From: a virus
Lineage: Duplodnaviria; Heunggongvirae; Uroviricota; Caudoviricetes
Virus record (IMG/VR): IMGVR_UViG_3300049460_000121
Coordinates: 32,001-96,000 of that record
DNA: 64,000 nucleotides
Direction: 5' to 3' (one strand)
Positions within the stretch are counted from its first letter, which is position 1. Each line of letters opens with the position of its first letter. The notes beneath the pieces were generated by a model. It did not search any database. It was not told where the DNA came from and was given only the letters and a program-made list of their open reading frames with translations. Shown in pieces: positions 18,669 through 29,595 of this stretch. Both the position numbers and the translations under genes were made by a program.

Positions 18669-20006
18669 TCAGACTACAGCGACGCCAGTACCTGGCTCCT
18701 TGTCTTCTTTTGTAGCAGCAGCTGCGCCTTTGTGCTTGGCAGCCGAGGCCATGCCCAGGCTGTAAGCTTGCTTGGCAACAGTGCCCATGAAGGCCACGTA
18801 TTGCGGAGCGTAGGAGGACACCTGCTTGACCAGGGACTGAGCAGTGCTGAAGAGTTTCTTCGCTTCTGCTTGGTCAGCTGCGTCGCCCGACTTGTCTGCG
18901 CCTTTCTTCGCAGCGTCGATTACCGCGTGTGCTTGGCGAACGGATTCGCTGCTGTCGGTAGCGATCTTTTCCATCAATGCGCCGATGGATTCCAGCTTGC
19001 CACCCAATGCCACGATCTGAGGACCGGTCAGTGGAGTGAAGTCTTCGCCGGCCTTAGGCGATTCGCCTTTGGTGATTGCGAACTTCGCTTTCAGTACGCC
19101 GTCGAGACCGCCGCCTTCGCCTGGAGAGAACTTGATGGCGTAGCCGCCGGTCAGGTCGTGATCCTGCTTGTGCAGTTTGGTGTCGATGGTGCGAGCGAAC
19201 GCGCCGATGGTGCCAGCGTCTGCTTTGCTCAGCGCGTTGACGATACCGGTGCTGATAGCACGCAGCTCTTTGGTCACGGTCAGTACGCCAGAGGTCCAAC
19301 CGGACTCTACGGCAGACAGCGCGTGATCAGGATCGACCTTACCGCCAACGACCAGGGCGCTGTAGGACGAACCTTTCAGCTTGCCAGTGGCTTCGCCGCT
19401 TACGCCTTTACCCACGCCTTTCAGCTTGGCACCGGAAGCCTTGACGGCCTTGGCGGATTTGCCGATGGTGTTGACCCAGTTGGTCAGGCGAGTGATCGCG
19501 CCCAGGACGGCAGTCTTCAACACGTTCCAGATGCGGGTCAGAATGTTGCCAGTCTTTTCCTTCGCTTCCGGAGCGGCGTCTTTGGCACCGTCGTGGCCGA
19601 TGGCCAGGGCTTCGAACGAGGCTTGTGCTGCCATCAGGTCGTCAGCGAACAACTCTTTCGGAATTTCACGGGCTTCCAGGGAAACCGCGACGCCTTGCAG
19701 GAACAGCTGCGATGCAGCACCGTCCAGAGGAATGCCGCGAGCTTCGAAGGATTCCAGTTGCAGCATGAACGATTCCATCGATTCGGTCGCGTCAACGAGC
19801 TTCTGCGCGCCAGCGTTCGATTTGTTCAGCTTGATGACTTCCTGAGCGGTTTCTTCGAGGGCTTCCTCGAGGTCACTGCGGGTGTCATCAGTCACAACGG
19901 TCAGCTCGGTAGCACCGGCATCGTTGAGTTCGTTGGTAGGGGCGATGACAGCGACAGCTTCGCCAGACTCCACCGCGTAATCCATCAAGGCTTGGCCGAG
20001 ATCCAT
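18669..20006 (-). CDS. major internal head / inner-body protein (phiKZ gp93-like)
   Basis: start MDLGQ after GGAG; AVE, SME, SFE and SLE sites; ILTRIWNVLKTAV helix; strong codon bias. Confidence 0.75.
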   Translation of the reverse strand: MDLGQALMDYAVESGEAVAVIAPTNELNDAGATELTVVTDDTRSDLEEALEETAQEVIKLNKSNAGAQKLVDATESMESFMLQLESFEARGIPLDGAASQLFLQGVAVSLEAREIPKELFADDLMAAQASFEALAIGHDGAKDAAPEAKEKTGNILTRIWNVLKTAVLGAITRLTNWVNTIGKSAKAVKASGAKLKGVGKGVSGEATGKLKGSSYSALVVGGKVDPDHALSAVESGWTSGVLTVTKELRAISTGIVNALSKADAGTIGAFARTIDTKLHKQDHDLTGGYAIKFSPGEGGGLDGVLKAKFAITKGESPKAGEDFTPLTGPQIVALGGKLESIGALMEKIATDSSESVRQAHAVIDAAKKGADKSGDAADQAEAKKLFSTAQSLVKQVSSYAPQYVAFMGTVAKQAYSLGMASAAKHKGAAAATKEDKEPGTGVAVV

Positions 20007-20118
20007 AATGAGACTCCAGGTTCTATTGGTTGTGCGGGGAAAGAGCTCCCCCGCAGTACACATGGTTACGTCTTGCGGCGTAAGGTATTCATACTAACTA
20101 CCTCACGCACTCCAGCTA

Positions 20119-20625
20119 TTAAGCTTGGATGTCACCGACGTAGATTTTCATGGTGCCGATCAGGTCTTCGAAACCGGCGGTGAGGATCCATTGCTGGATC
20201 AGCGCTTCGAGCGACAAACCTGCACACATCTGCAAGGTCTGTTTGGCCGCATCGTTCAGCTGTGGGGGACCCACGGTGGTGTCTTCGCACGGCTTGAGGA
20301 GTAACGCCCAATCCTGGAACGACAGACCGCGACGGGTTTTATCACCGTTCACGATCGCAGCCGTTTCCAGAACGAAAGACGTCACGGAAGCCGATACGAG
20401 TACACCGGGTTGCAACAGGTTGTCGAACAAACCACCAGCCGCAGACCAGGCACGCAGCACCGTCTCCAAAGTCTCGAGCTCCGCAGGGAAACTGATCTCT
20501 TGGTTAGTGGCGCTGCTCGCATACAACGCATCGATATTAGCGTCGTGATACAGAACAGGAGCGTCCTGGGTCTGTGGAGCTTGGTTGTTCGTAGGAAACC
20601 CGCTTACGGTGTAAACGAGGCCCAT
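20119..20625 (-). CDS. virion-associated hypothetical protein
   Basis: TAATG-coupled to the upstream gene; lies in the head block. Confidence 0.55.
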   Translation of the reverse strand: MGLVYTVSGFPTNNQAPQTQDAPVLYHDANIDALYASSATNQEISFPAELETLETVLRAWSAAGGLFDNLLQPGVLVSASVTSFVLETAAIVNGDKTRRGLSFQDWALLLKPCEDTTVGPPQLNDAAKQTLQMCAGLSLEALIQQWILTAGFEDLIGTMKIYVGDIQA

Positions 20626-21527
20626 TAGTTCCCCTCCATCGAGGCGATCTTCGCACGGACCAGAACGAGTTCACGTTCGTAGCCTTCGATGATCGATTGG
20701 GTGCGCGCGTCGGTAGCGCCGCGACCTGATTGGGTCAGCGCTTCGAGACGCATCTCGCAGGCACGGCGTTCTTTCTTCGCACGCTCGTAACGCTCGATAT
20801 CACGGTTGACGGAACGAATGCCAACCGAGGTAAAGAGGCCAGAGAGCAAAGGCACGACGCCGAGTTCAAGAGGATCACCGGCACCGCCCATCAATGCTGG
20901 TACCGGGATAGCCTCATGGCCACCGTTGGAAACCACCAACTCCGGGATGCCTTGTAACTTCCCCATGATCACACGAGGGTCGTCATACAAGAGCTCGAGG
21001 ATTCGGAAGTAGGCCGCACGGTTGTTGTCCAACCATTCGATTTCAGCTTTGCTCAATTCACCTTTCTCGGGAGACTGGAAGACCAATACGTTGGTCTCAG
21101 CCGTCACCAGCCGCAACATGAAGCGGCTGGTATAGTCACCGAAGAAGTCAAGGATCTCAATCAGGCGCAACAGCGTCACGGTCTGATAGGTGATGCCTTC
21201 CACATGGATGGTATCTTTCAACACCTTCGCCGTGTGATCGGTGAGTAGCTCACCGAGTTTGAGGGCATGGTCCTTGGCCTGCTCGATCGTCTCGAGCAGA
21301 GGGTTGCGCAGGTTGCGAATGCGCGATGGCACGAACTTCAGGAACGCCGCCAGGAATTCCTTGCCGTACTGCGAGGAGTACGTGGCACCAGGCAAGGCCT
21401 GGATGAGGTTCTCGAGGGCTGGACCGACGACGTCAGCCAGTTTGGACATTGCCAGGCGCAATTTCTCACGCACATCCTTTTTACCGAATGTAGGCAACAG
21501 ACGGCGGATAAACTCAAGGGGCTTCAT
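20625..21527 (-). CDS. head protein (phiKZ gp90-like)
   Basis: 300 aa, LLPTF N-terminus and C-terminal coiled coil; synteny. Confidence 0.65.
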   Translation of the reverse strand: MKPLEFIRRLLPTFGKKDVREKLRLAMSKLADVVGPALENLIQALPGATYSSQYGKEFLAAFLKFVPSRIRNLRNPLLETIEQAKDHALKLGELLTDHTAKVLKDTIHVEGITYQTVTLLRLIEILDFFGDYTSRFMLRLVTAETNVLVFQSPEKGELSKAEIEWLDNNRAAYFRILELLYDDPRVIMGKLQGIPELVVSNGGHEAIPVPALMGGAGDPLELGVVPLLSGLFTSVGIRSVNRDIERYERAKKERRACEMRLEALTQSGRGATDARTQSIIEGYERELVLVRAKIASMEGN

Positions 21528-21556
21528 AGTGGCTCGCTCGATGCAGGGGTGGGGAA

Positions 21557-22801
21557 TTACAGACGACCAGGAACGCGGCCTTCCATGAACATCTTCATAA
21601 CGTCAGTCAGGTCGTTAGACTTGCCGCCGCCTTTCAGATCTTTCATGGCGTAGACGCCAGCCTGTTCGATGTCACGGGTGTACAGCGTGACGGTGTCGTG
21701 GTCGGTGTCGATCACGAACAGCAGCATCATCAGCGAGTCGTCGAAGATCTGCTGGCGAACGCTGAAGTCGTCGATACGACCGTCGATGGTGTTTTCCAGA
21801 TCACGGATGGTGTCGCGGGTAGTGATAGCGATCGAGGACGCTACACCGACCGAAGTCTCACCAGTCATCAGGGTGGCCAACAGACCTTTGTTCGCACGCT
21901 TGTACGCCGAGCGGAAGTAGCCGGACTTGTCAGCCATGGCCGCTTGACGATAACGGTCGATGTAATCCTGGTTCATGACCAGATCACGCCACATCGAGAT
22001 TTCGCCCACACGCCATTTGCGCATACGAGCCGAACGAGAGCGATCTTCGCCACCGAGGGCCAGGATCTCTTTCATGACGTGTGGATCAGCACCGATGGTG
22101 CGCAGACGGATCTGCACAGGCAGAGTGGCTTTCTTGCCATTCTTCTCGATGGTCACGTCGACGATCTGACCAACGGCCAGGTTGTCGATGTCCTTCACGG
22201 TAGCAGCCGCAGCGTTGACGCTGATGCCAGTATCGCGTTGGTCGTCAGCACGAGCACCAGCCGCATCCATTACCTTGGAGAAGGCGCTAGGATTGGACTG
22301 AACCGACTGCGGAAGCGCGGCTTCAGTGCAGTAGTTGCTGTAGCGTTCCAGACCAGCAGCTTCGCCAACAAATGGCAAGCCGAATTGGTATGACTCGGTA
22401 GACAACAGGTTCAGTGTGGCCGCACCAGCAGAACGGTCCGGCGCGAACCGATCCAGGTACTTGGAGACCTTGATGCCTTCGATGGTGTTATCCGCAGCAA
22501 CTGCCATCAGGTAGTACGCAGTGAACAGGCGCTGAGCGGTGTTCAACACGTCTTTGATGTTGGCGTAGCGCGCGGCGCGTTGGTCGATAAGGGTGAAGGG
22601 TTCGATCCGAACCGATTGAGTGGCACGGACATAGTTACCAGGAGAACGCTCCATGGTAGTAGTCAGCGCCTTCAGTGCGGAATCGATACCGGTATCAACG
22701 CCTTTCTTGACGACAGCTTGAATCCCTGCATCGAGCGCGGATTTGGCGGCTGCGAGAGCAGTGGCTTTAAGCACATTGCCCACAATTAATCCGAGGGTCA
22801 T
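21557..22801 (-). CDS. head / inner-body protein (phiKZ gp89-like)
   Basis: RIEPFTLID, YYLMAVA, STES site and NLAVGQIVDV; synteny. Confidence 0.7.
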   Translation of the reverse strand: MTLGLIVGNVLKATALAAAKSALDAGIQAVVKKGVDTGIDSALKALTTTMERSPGNYVRATQSVRIEPFTLIDQRAARYANIKDVLNTAQRLFTAYYLMAVAADNTIEGIKVSKYLDRFAPDRSAGAATLNLLSTESYQFGLPFVGEAAGLERYSNYCTEAALPQSVQSNPSAFSKVMDAAGARADDQRDTGISVNAAAATVKDIDNLAVGQIVDVTIEKNGKKATLPVQIRLRTIGADPHVMKEILALGGEDRSRSARMRKWRVGEISMWRDLVMNQDYIDRYRQAAMADKSGYFRSAYKRANKGLLATLMTGETSVGVASSIAITTRDTIRDLENTIDGRIDDFSVRQQIFDDSLMMLLFVIDTDHDTVTLYTRDIEQAGVYAMKDLKGGGKSNDLTDVMKMFMEGRVPGRL

Positions 22802-22859
22802 GGGGTTCTCCTAGAGTGCGTAGGGGTGTTGGACATAAAATTTGAAGACGAGGTTCACG

Positions 22860-23930
22860 ATGGCAGCAAACACAGAGGATTTCCTCTATAAGGAAGTCCT
22901 GACAGCATTAGCCGCACAGCAGGGTCAGCAGAACACCTGGGATGTTGTCGATAACATCTCTAGGGCGATGGGTAGCGGCTCCGAGTACAGTCGTTACGGA
23001 GACTACTTCTACGGCCTCAATCGACTCCCAAACCTTGCACCACTCCCAACACATCAAGAGCTGCAAGGCCTAGTCCTCTTTACAAGGCCAAGCCTTAATC
23101 TGTCATACGATAACATCTCGTATCTCAGGCCGATGACTCACCTACTGACTCAGGATCCTCAGACGTACCAGTACGCGGTCCGCATGATGCTGGATACCAC
23201 GACCAACCGAGCCACTGTAAACAAGTCGCCACTGGTCGATCCGTACATGCCGTACCTGACTTTGCTGAGCAACAGTATCGTCACCATGAGCCCTCCACCC
23301 GACATGGGAATCAACACCTATGTCAGTCCGGAAGGCCTGATGAAAGAAGCGTGGATCATGAACGACTCTATCGCAGAGTATAATGGCCGCTACGACATCA
23401 CGGCCACGTTCAACAACGTGAAAGGCGGTGCGATCCCGATGATGTTCCACGCGTGGCTTTCCTACATGGGTGCCATCCGTATCGGTCCTGCTGTTCCTCA
23501 CGCTGAAGCGCGGCGTAAAGACTGTATGGATTACTTCACTCGGATTGAGCGATTCAAGTTCGACACGAGTGGTCGCTTCATCGAACAATGGTTCCACACA
23601 GGTGCCAGCGTTCCGACCAACATCTCGATCGGTAGTGCGTTTGGTTACAACCGGGAAGAAGGCATCGAGATGGAGAACAAACAGTTCTCCGTTCAGTTTG
23701 CCTCGGTGGGTGCTGTCTACAACGACCCTATCCAGTTGATGGAATTCAACCTGCGGATGGAGAACTTCAACAAGAAGCTGGTGGCTCCCGGTTTGTACTA
23801 CGTGAAGATCCCGCATTCTCTCATCGCCGCGACGAACTACTACGGCTATCCGTATATCAACCTCGCCACTTACGAGATGGAATGGTGGATCGAGAAAGAT
23901 CTTCTGGACAAATTGACGAAAGGGCTTTGA
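22860..23930 (+). CDS. virion structural protein (phiKZ gp88-like; tail-tube/baseplate type)
   Basis: FTRPSLNLSYDNI and DYFTRIERF motifs; divergent from the gp89-like gene; likely ATG 22860 after GAGG. Confidence 0.65.
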   Translation: MAANTEDFLYKEVLTALAAQQGQQNTWDVVDNISRAMGSGSEYSRYGDYFYGLNRLPNLAPLPTHQELQGLVLFTRPSLNLSYDNISYLRPMTHLLTQDPQTYQYAVRMMLDTTTNRATVNKSPLVDPYMPYLTLLSNSIVTMSPPPDMGINTYVSPEGLMKEAWIMNDSIAEYNGRYDITATFNNVKGGAIPMMFHAWLSYMGAIRIGPAVPHAEARRKDCMDYFTRIERFKFDTSGRFIEQWFHTGASVPTNISIGSAFGYNREEGIEMENKQFSVQFASVGAVYNDPIQLMEFNLRMENFNKKLVAPGLYYVKIPHSLIAATNYYGYPYINLATYEMEWWIEKDLLDKLTKGL

Positions 23931-23931
23931 A

Positions 23932-26865
23932 ATGAAATCCAGTGACATCCTTGCCCAGATGGCGGACTTGCGCTACGAGCCAACTCGCCTTCAAGGTTAC
24001 TTGATGGGATTGGTGGAAGACGTGTTTGAGGGGGAAGTTCTCCTGACTGACCCTGGCCTCCCCTTTCCGTTCCTGATGGAGTCTTCTGTTATTCTGACAG
24101 CGGCGGCCATCCAACGTGATGAAGTGTTGACGTCTCGCCAGTTCCCCAACATGGCCAAGACTGATGAAGACCTCTACCACCACTTGACCGATGCGGACTT
24201 CAGCAAGATGTTCGGTTCGGCTGGTGAGGCTTGGTTCTACATCTACCTGTCCAAAGAAGAAGTGCTGGCGTCTGCGGTGCAGGTCGGTCAAACCCGTACA
24301 CGTAAGCTGACCATCCCACGCCATACGTCGATCACGACCAACGGCATGGTCTTCACCATGCAGTACCCGATCAACTTCATCGTGAAAGCTCACGGTGGCA
24401 TTGACGTGGTGTACGACGCCTCCATCCCTTCTCCGTTGCAGACCCTCAAGGGCAACCGGGTAATCGTGGAGCCCGTCTGGTTGAAGATGGTGACGCCTGG
24501 CCAGAAGCCAGTGGAGTTCCTGCGGTTGAAGGTCAAGCTCAAGCAAATGAAGTTGACCAGCTACATCGCCGCCTTGACTCAGTCGACCTCCTTGAAGAAG
24601 GTCTACGAGCTGTCCGATAACTACTTGTACACTCGTGCGTTCTACATGCGTTCGGATGGCAAGTGGGAACCGATGCAGACCACGCACTCCCAACAAGTGT
24701 TCGATGCCTTGAAGCCTACGCTCTTGCTCAAGGTAATCGGGAACGAGTTGACGGTCGAGCTGCCGTACGTCTATTACCTCAGCGGTGCAGTCACCCGGAA
24801 CATTCGTATTGATGTCTACACCACCAAAGGTGAGATCAACATGAACCTGGGTAACCTGGATGCGAAGGCGTTCACGGCTGACTACCTCGATTTGGACAAC
24901 GATGACGCTGGCATCTATTCCGCTCCATTGGAAGTGATGTCCACCATCGCCATCATGTCGACTGACACAGCGTCGGGCGGTACTTCGGCTCCGACCTTTG
25001 CTGAACGTCGTGACCGGATGCTGAACAACGCTACGGGTCCTCAGGTGATCCCGATCAGTAACGCTCAGATGGATACCACGCTCGCCGATCTGGGCTTCAA
25101 CGCTCAGATGTACATGGATGACGTGTCGATCCGTACCTACCTTGCGTCTAAGGCTATGCCTAACAACGTGGGCGGTCAAGCGTCGACGGGTATCGATACC
25201 GCAGTGATGACCATGAAGACCACGCTCGAGCAAATCGCTGGGCTGGAAACCGTGATTGTCAACGGCGATCGGTACACGATCACTCCGAAGACCATGTACC
25301 GCAACATGGACGGCGTGTTGACCATCCTGAACGATACGCAGCGTAAAGCGCTGGAGTTGATGTCGGGTGAGCAACTGGTGAACGGTATCTCTGGCAAGAA
25401 CTTCTTGTTCACGCCACTGCACTACGTGCTCGATGCAACAGAGAATCGGTTTGTGGTGCGTCCGTACTATTTGGCTGATCCTTCGTTCGACCTGACCTCC
25501 TACTCGGCCAGTAACGACACGCTGGGTCTGACCATCAGTAGCTCTAACGTCCGCAGCATCAAGCAGACGGATGCAGGCTACGTGATTCAGATCGTCACTG
25601 ACTCCAACGATGTCTGGAAAGCGCTGGATGATGAGCAGTGTCATGTTCAGCTTGCATACATGCCGAAGTTCGAATCCAACTTTGCGTACCTCAAAGGCAC
25701 GTTGCTGGGTAAGACCGCGACCAATGAGCGGATCTACGAGTTTGTGATCGGCACCAACTGGGACATCGATGAGCAGCATCAGCTGACCACCCGTTCGTTC
25801 CAGATGTTCGATGACACGCCCCGTAACTTCAAGTTGGACTTGGACGTGGACCTACACCTCCTGTGGTCTGTCTCTGACTACACGGTGATCGGTTCTGAGT
25901 CTTCTGACGTGGACAGCTTCCTGGGCCGCTTCCAGCTGCCTTACGAAGTAATCGGTGTCTACCATGAGAACATTGGTTTGAAGTTCGGTGACGAGCTCAC
26001 AGGCCTTTGGGCGATGTCTCGCGGCATGGTGGGCGATCGTAAGCCGCTGGTGTACGACGAAGACGTTCCAGCCCGTTACCCATCGACGGTGTACGAGATC
26101 GATCCCGTCACTAACCGTCCTAAGGTCATCACTGACGGGGATGGTAAGCGGACCTTGGTCGTCAAGTTCGCCAAAGGTGAGTTGGAGAAGAACGAAGACG
26201 GGTCGCAACGCATGCGCTACTTCAAAGGTGAAGCGCAGATGGACGAATACGGGAACGTCATCTACGAAGGTGAACGTAACCTGCTTCGTTGGTGGGATGT
26301 CTGCCTATTCGACGCCGTGTACCGTTACAGTACTGACGTGCTCGACGTGGCGTACCTGCGGACCGTACCTGCGATTCTCGTGGAATGGATCAACGACCTG
26401 TTGGCTCCTATCCGTTCGTCGGTATTGGACCGTACCCTGTTGTACTACCAGCCGTTGAACTCGTTGAAGCACATCGACGTGCTGGTGGAAGACGGGGAAG
26501 ACCGTGTTATCTACGCCGCACAAGACCTGAAGATCGACTACTACGTCAGCAAGCAGGTCTACGAAGACTCAGGTCTCCGTTCCAGCCTGCAAGCCTCGGC
26601 AATCGCTGCCGTGATCAAAGGGTTAGACAAGGTTGTGGTGTCACGTAACGGTCTGGAGACAGACATCAAGGGCACAGCTGGGGCTGACGTGATCAGCGTC
26701 CGTGTCAGTGGTCTGGGTGGGTTGGAGAATGACTTCAACGTGATTACGATCAAGGATGAATCGGCACGTATGTCGGTGGCCAAGTCGTTGGGTATTCGTC
26801 CTGATAACACTATCAGTGTCGTGGACTCGATCAAGGTCAACTTCCTGCGTCACACCGAAAGCTAA
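23932..26865 (+). CDS. large baseplate protein (phiKZ gp87-like; probable wedge)
   Basis: 977 aa; DPGLPFPFLMES, EDLYHHLTD and ASGG...F..RR motifs; synteny. Confidence 0.65.
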   Translation: MKSSDILAQMADLRYEPTRLQGYLMGLVEDVFEGEVLLTDPGLPFPFLMESSVILTAAAIQRDEVLTSRQFPNMAKTDEDLYHHLTDADFSKMFGSAGEAWFYIYLSKEEVLASAVQVGQTRTRKLTIPRHTSITTNGMVFTMQYPINFIVKAHGGIDVVYDASIPSPLQTLKGNRVIVEPVWLKMVTPGQKPVEFLRLKVKLKQMKLTSYIAALTQSTSLKKVYELSDNYLYTRAFYMRSDGKWEPMQTTHSQQVFDALKPTLLLKVIGNELTVELPYVYYLSGAVTRNIRIDVYTTKGEINMNLGNLDAKAFTADYLDLDNDDAGIYSAPLEVMSTIAIMSTDTASGGTSAPTFAERRDRMLNNATGPQVIPISNAQMDTTLADLGFNAQMYMDDVSIRTYLASKAMPNNVGGQASTGIDTAVMTMKTTLEQIAGLETVIVNGDRYTITPKTMYRNMDGVLTILNDTQRKALELMSGEQLVNGISGKNFLFTPLHYVLDATENRFVVRPYYLADPSFDLTSYSASNDTLGLTISSSNVRSIKQTDAGYVIQIVTDSNDVWKALDDEQCHVQLAYMPKFESNFAYLKGTLLGKTATNERIYEFVIGTNWDIDEQHQLTTRSFQMFDDTPRNFKLDLDVDLHLLWSVSDYTVIGSESSDVDSFLGRFQLPYEVIGVYHENIGLKFGDELTGLWAMSRGMVGDRKPLVYDEDVPARYPSTVYEIDPVTNRPKVITDGDGKRTLVVKFAKGELEKNEDGSQRMRYFKGEAQMDEYGNVIYEGERNLLRWWDVCLFDAVYRYSTDVLDVAYLRTVPAILVEWINDLLAPIRSSVLDRTLLYYQPLNSLKHIDVLVEDGEDRVIYAAQDLKIDYYVSKQVYEDSGLRSSLQASAIAAVIKGLDKVVVSRNGLETDIKGTAGADVISVRVSGLGGLENDFNVITIKDESARMSVAKSLGIRPDNTISVVDSIKVNFLRHTES

Positions 26866-26867
26866 CA

Positions 26868-26902
26868 GCATAAAGCCACCTACCCCGCAAGGAGTAGGTG
26901 GC
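26868..26902. terminator. hairpin between convergent genes
   Basis: GCCACCTAC..GCAA..GTAGGTGGC with TTTATGC after it on the minus strand. Confidence 0.75.
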
Positions 26903-26912
26903 CTTGTGTCGC

Positions 26913-27698
26913 TTATGTTTCTGGGGACTCTTTCGCGAGCAGTTCCCGATCCTTCTGATACATCGCAGCAGTGTCGCTGGCGATCGCGTCTACCAGTTCG
27001 GCGCTTGGCTCCCAACGCTCCCATTTCCGCTTAGGGGTGTTGATGCCGATGGTGCAGAGTGGGAAAGGTTCCGCTTCCGTCTGCGCCGGGATCAGACGTA
27101 TAGTGGACGGCATGTCTGGAGCCTCGTCCTTCTCCCAGACGTACTCGAAGTTGTGACCGTACAGATGCACGTACTTACTGCGATCAAACTGAGCGGTCAC
27201 CCAGTTTACCACCGCGCGCCATTCGTAATTATCGACCGGACCCAGGAATAGGTACTCGCGAACATACCGAGGTTGGCCCACGGTGGTCGGACCTTCTTTA
27301 CTCATCCAGACCGTAGCAAACGTCAAGACCATGTGGACATGACGTTTCCTGCAATCGAAGAAGTACTGACGCTTGACCAGCTCTTCGCCTTCCTGCGCAG
27401 GGTCTGCGTGAGGGAAGAACGTCTCGGCAGGAGGCCGGCGAACGTCATGCTGGTTATAAGTGCCGTTGAAGAAGTGCTGGAACTGCGCTGCGATCGCCGA
27501 GAAGATCGGACTGACGTTGAATTCCTTCGGACCATCGGGCGTTACGATAGTCAGGCTAGTGGCGTAGTTAGCGCCATCCGGATTCAACAGACCAAGTAGC
27601 TCATTGATACTTTGTTTGACCAACGCCTGATCGGCTGTGCGGTGGACCTCTTCAACAGCGAGCTCCTCGTCGGTCTTGAAACGTACGTGTTCGGTCAT
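26913..27698 (-). CDS. hypothetical protein
   Basis: ATGA-coupled to the polymerase stop; GGAGG SD. Confidence 0.65.
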   Translation of the reverse strand: MTEHVRFKTDEELAVEEVHRTADQALVKQSINELLGLLNPDGANYATSLTIVTPDGPKEFNVSPIFSAIAAQFQHFFNGTYNQHDVRRPPAETFFPHADPAQEGEELVKRQYFFDCRKRHVHMVLTFATVWMSKEGPTTVGQPRYVREYLFLGPVDNYEWRAVVNWVTAQFDRSKYVHLYGHNFEYVWEKDEAPDMPSTIRLIPAQTEAEPFPLCTIGINTPKRKWERWEPSAELVDAIASDTAAMYQKDRELLAKESPET

Positions 27699-29488
27699 GC
27701 GGCCTCCATATCCAGTTTGGCTTGTTCGACCCATTGATCGAGAGTCGGCATCTTGCAGATCGTTTGCACGATTTCAAGACAGTTCTCTTGCGGGCCAGTA
27801 AGGTTGATCGATGCATGCCGCTGTACCTCACGACCCACACCACGGATTTTACAAGGTTCATTCATCGTCGTCTCTTTCGAGAGGTTCTGAATGATCTCCG
27901 CCGTAGGGTAAGTAGTTTCAACGTCGGCGTCGGAGTTGAATACGTGAATCATACTGCGGACGTCTGGCATGTCCTCGAAGAGGAACAGTCCACTGTCCAC
28001 CACGTTGTGGCTTGGGAAGGTTACGATCCACCCATCCTTGCCCATGACCTTGGCATCATTCTCGTCAGCCATTTGGTCAGAGGTGGAGCAGATGATCTTC
28101 TTGCGACGTTTCATGATGGAGAACATCATGTCGATCGCGTTGATGGTCGGTTGCGAGTTGAAGCGCGAGTAGTCACACGCACCCGCCAGCATGGAGATCT
28201 GCGACGACAAGTCGGAGTTCTTCTTGTCCAACACCCACAGACCCAAGGAGTCAAAGATGTTGTACACGCCGTAACGGACTTTGTGGTTCTTCTGCATGTC
28301 CATGTGCCAATGCAGAGTACCGGATGGGATCGCCGAGTCTTCGACATCGTACTTGATCTTACCAATACCCAACTGACGCGTCAGAACTGCGTCCAAGCCG
28401 TACCCGCCTGATTCCTTACCCTTTGCCTTACGCAACTGCCAATACGTCTGCATGGCATCCTGGATACGCCAGGAGGAGGTAGTCAGTGCAATGTCCCAAC
28501 GCTCTTGAGGATCCAGACGCATTTCACGTCCAGAGGCGGTGCGCTTGATTGCCTGCCCCTGTTTCAGGAACGTGTTACGGAACTCGTAAGGAACGCGACT
28601 GTCCGAGGTCAAGTCAACCATGTCAATGCCAGCATGTTGGCACGACGCTTCGATTACCTTGGCGTCGTACATGACGTTCCAACCGGTGACGATGTCAGGC
28701 TGGTCTTCATGCAGGTCGTTGATCATGGAGCTGGTGATACCGATGTGGTCAGCAGCCTCATGAACACGGACGGGCATCTTCATGATGTCGTCCAAGAACG
28801 ATGGATACTCACCGGACTCTTTGTTCTTGAGTTTGTTGATCACCGTCTGCTGCCATCCGACCAGAGCCAACTTGAACTCTGCGATAACCTGTTCGGTGAA
28901 GTCAGTGATCTCAGGACACCATTCACCCTGAGCCACGTACAGATCGATGCCATCATCGTTTACCGCCGACCAGAGGATCGGACGAGTCCAATCACCGAAC
29001 ACGTCGGTCTCGGAGTCGATCACGGTTACGCGGTTCGGGTGGAATTGATCCGGCCACTTCTGCGCGTAGGTTTGTTTCATGAAGACTTCAGGACCCGCAT
29101 CCAGTCCGTAGAGGTATTGGCTACGTGCCAACATCCTTACACCGTGAGCTGGGTTGCCGAAACCTAAGCGGAAGCAGATGTCTTGACGCAGGTTCATTTG
29201 CGTTGACTTGAACATGTCCACGCGAGCCAGGTCTTCGAACTGGATCTTGTCCGGGTGAGTACGGAAGTGTGGCTTGGTCACCCAGTACGGACGCTCGAAG
29301 TTCTTGCGTCGACGCAGGTTTGGAATGCGGCGCCCATCTTTGAGGATCAGGTATTCCTTGATCGTGAGCATGTCATCACGCGAACCCTCACCGCTCGAAG
29401 TGGTGTAGGTAATGTGCTTACATTCACGCGCCACGACATCGCCCGGTTGTAGGGAGGCGATAATGGCATCAGCTTCTTTACGTTTCAT
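27695..29488 (-). CDS. split family-B DNA polymerase, exonuclease-containing subunit (phiKZ gp82-like)
   Basis: ExoI IDSETD, ExoII TGWNVMYD, ExoIII YNIFD and Pol motif A DVETTYPT; later polymerase motifs absent. Confidence 0.85.
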   Translation of the reverse strand: MKRKEADAIIASLQPGDVVARECKHITYTTSSGEGSRDDMLTIKEYLILKDGRRIPNLRRRKNFERPYWVTKPHFRTHPDKIQFEDLARVDMFKSTQMNLRQDICFRLGFGNPAHGVRMLARSQYLYGLDAGPEVFMKQTYAQKWPDQFHPNRVTVIDSETDVFGDWTRPILWSAVNDDGIDLYVAQGEWCPEITDFTEQVIAEFKLALVGWQQTVINKLKNKESGEYPSFLDDIMKMPVRVHEAADHIGITSSMINDLHEDQPDIVTGWNVMYDAKVIEASCQHAGIDMVDLTSDSRVPYEFRNTFLKQGQAIKRTASGREMRLDPQERWDIALTTSSWRIQDAMQTYWQLRKAKGKESGGYGLDAVLTRQLGIGKIKYDVEDSAIPSGTLHWHMDMQKNHKVRYGVYNIFDSLGLWVLDKKNSDLSSQISMLAGACDYSRFNSQPTINAIDMMFSIMKRRKKIICSTSDQMADENDAKVMGKDGWIVTFPSHNVVDSGLFLFEDMPDVRSMIHVFNSDADVETTYPTAEIIQNLSKETTMNEPCKIRGVGREVQRHASINLTGPQENCLEIVQTICKMPTLDQWVEQAKLDMEAA

Positions 29489-29595
29489 TGATTCGGTGGT
29501 CCTGCTTGGTTAACTATCCAATGAACAGAGCTTGTAATTAATTAATGCGACTGCTGAAAAGGGTATGTATAAAACCTCATTCGAAGGACCCCACT

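Noticed and set aside
20033-20055. Hairpin TGCGGGG/CCCCGCA upstream of the gp93-like gene as an ncRNA
   Set aside because: A single stem only; at most an mRNA-stabilising or processing hairpin
27695-29488. Truncated DNA polymerase pseudogene
   Set aside because: A split PolB is normal in phiKZ-like phages; the partner subunit is expected outside the window
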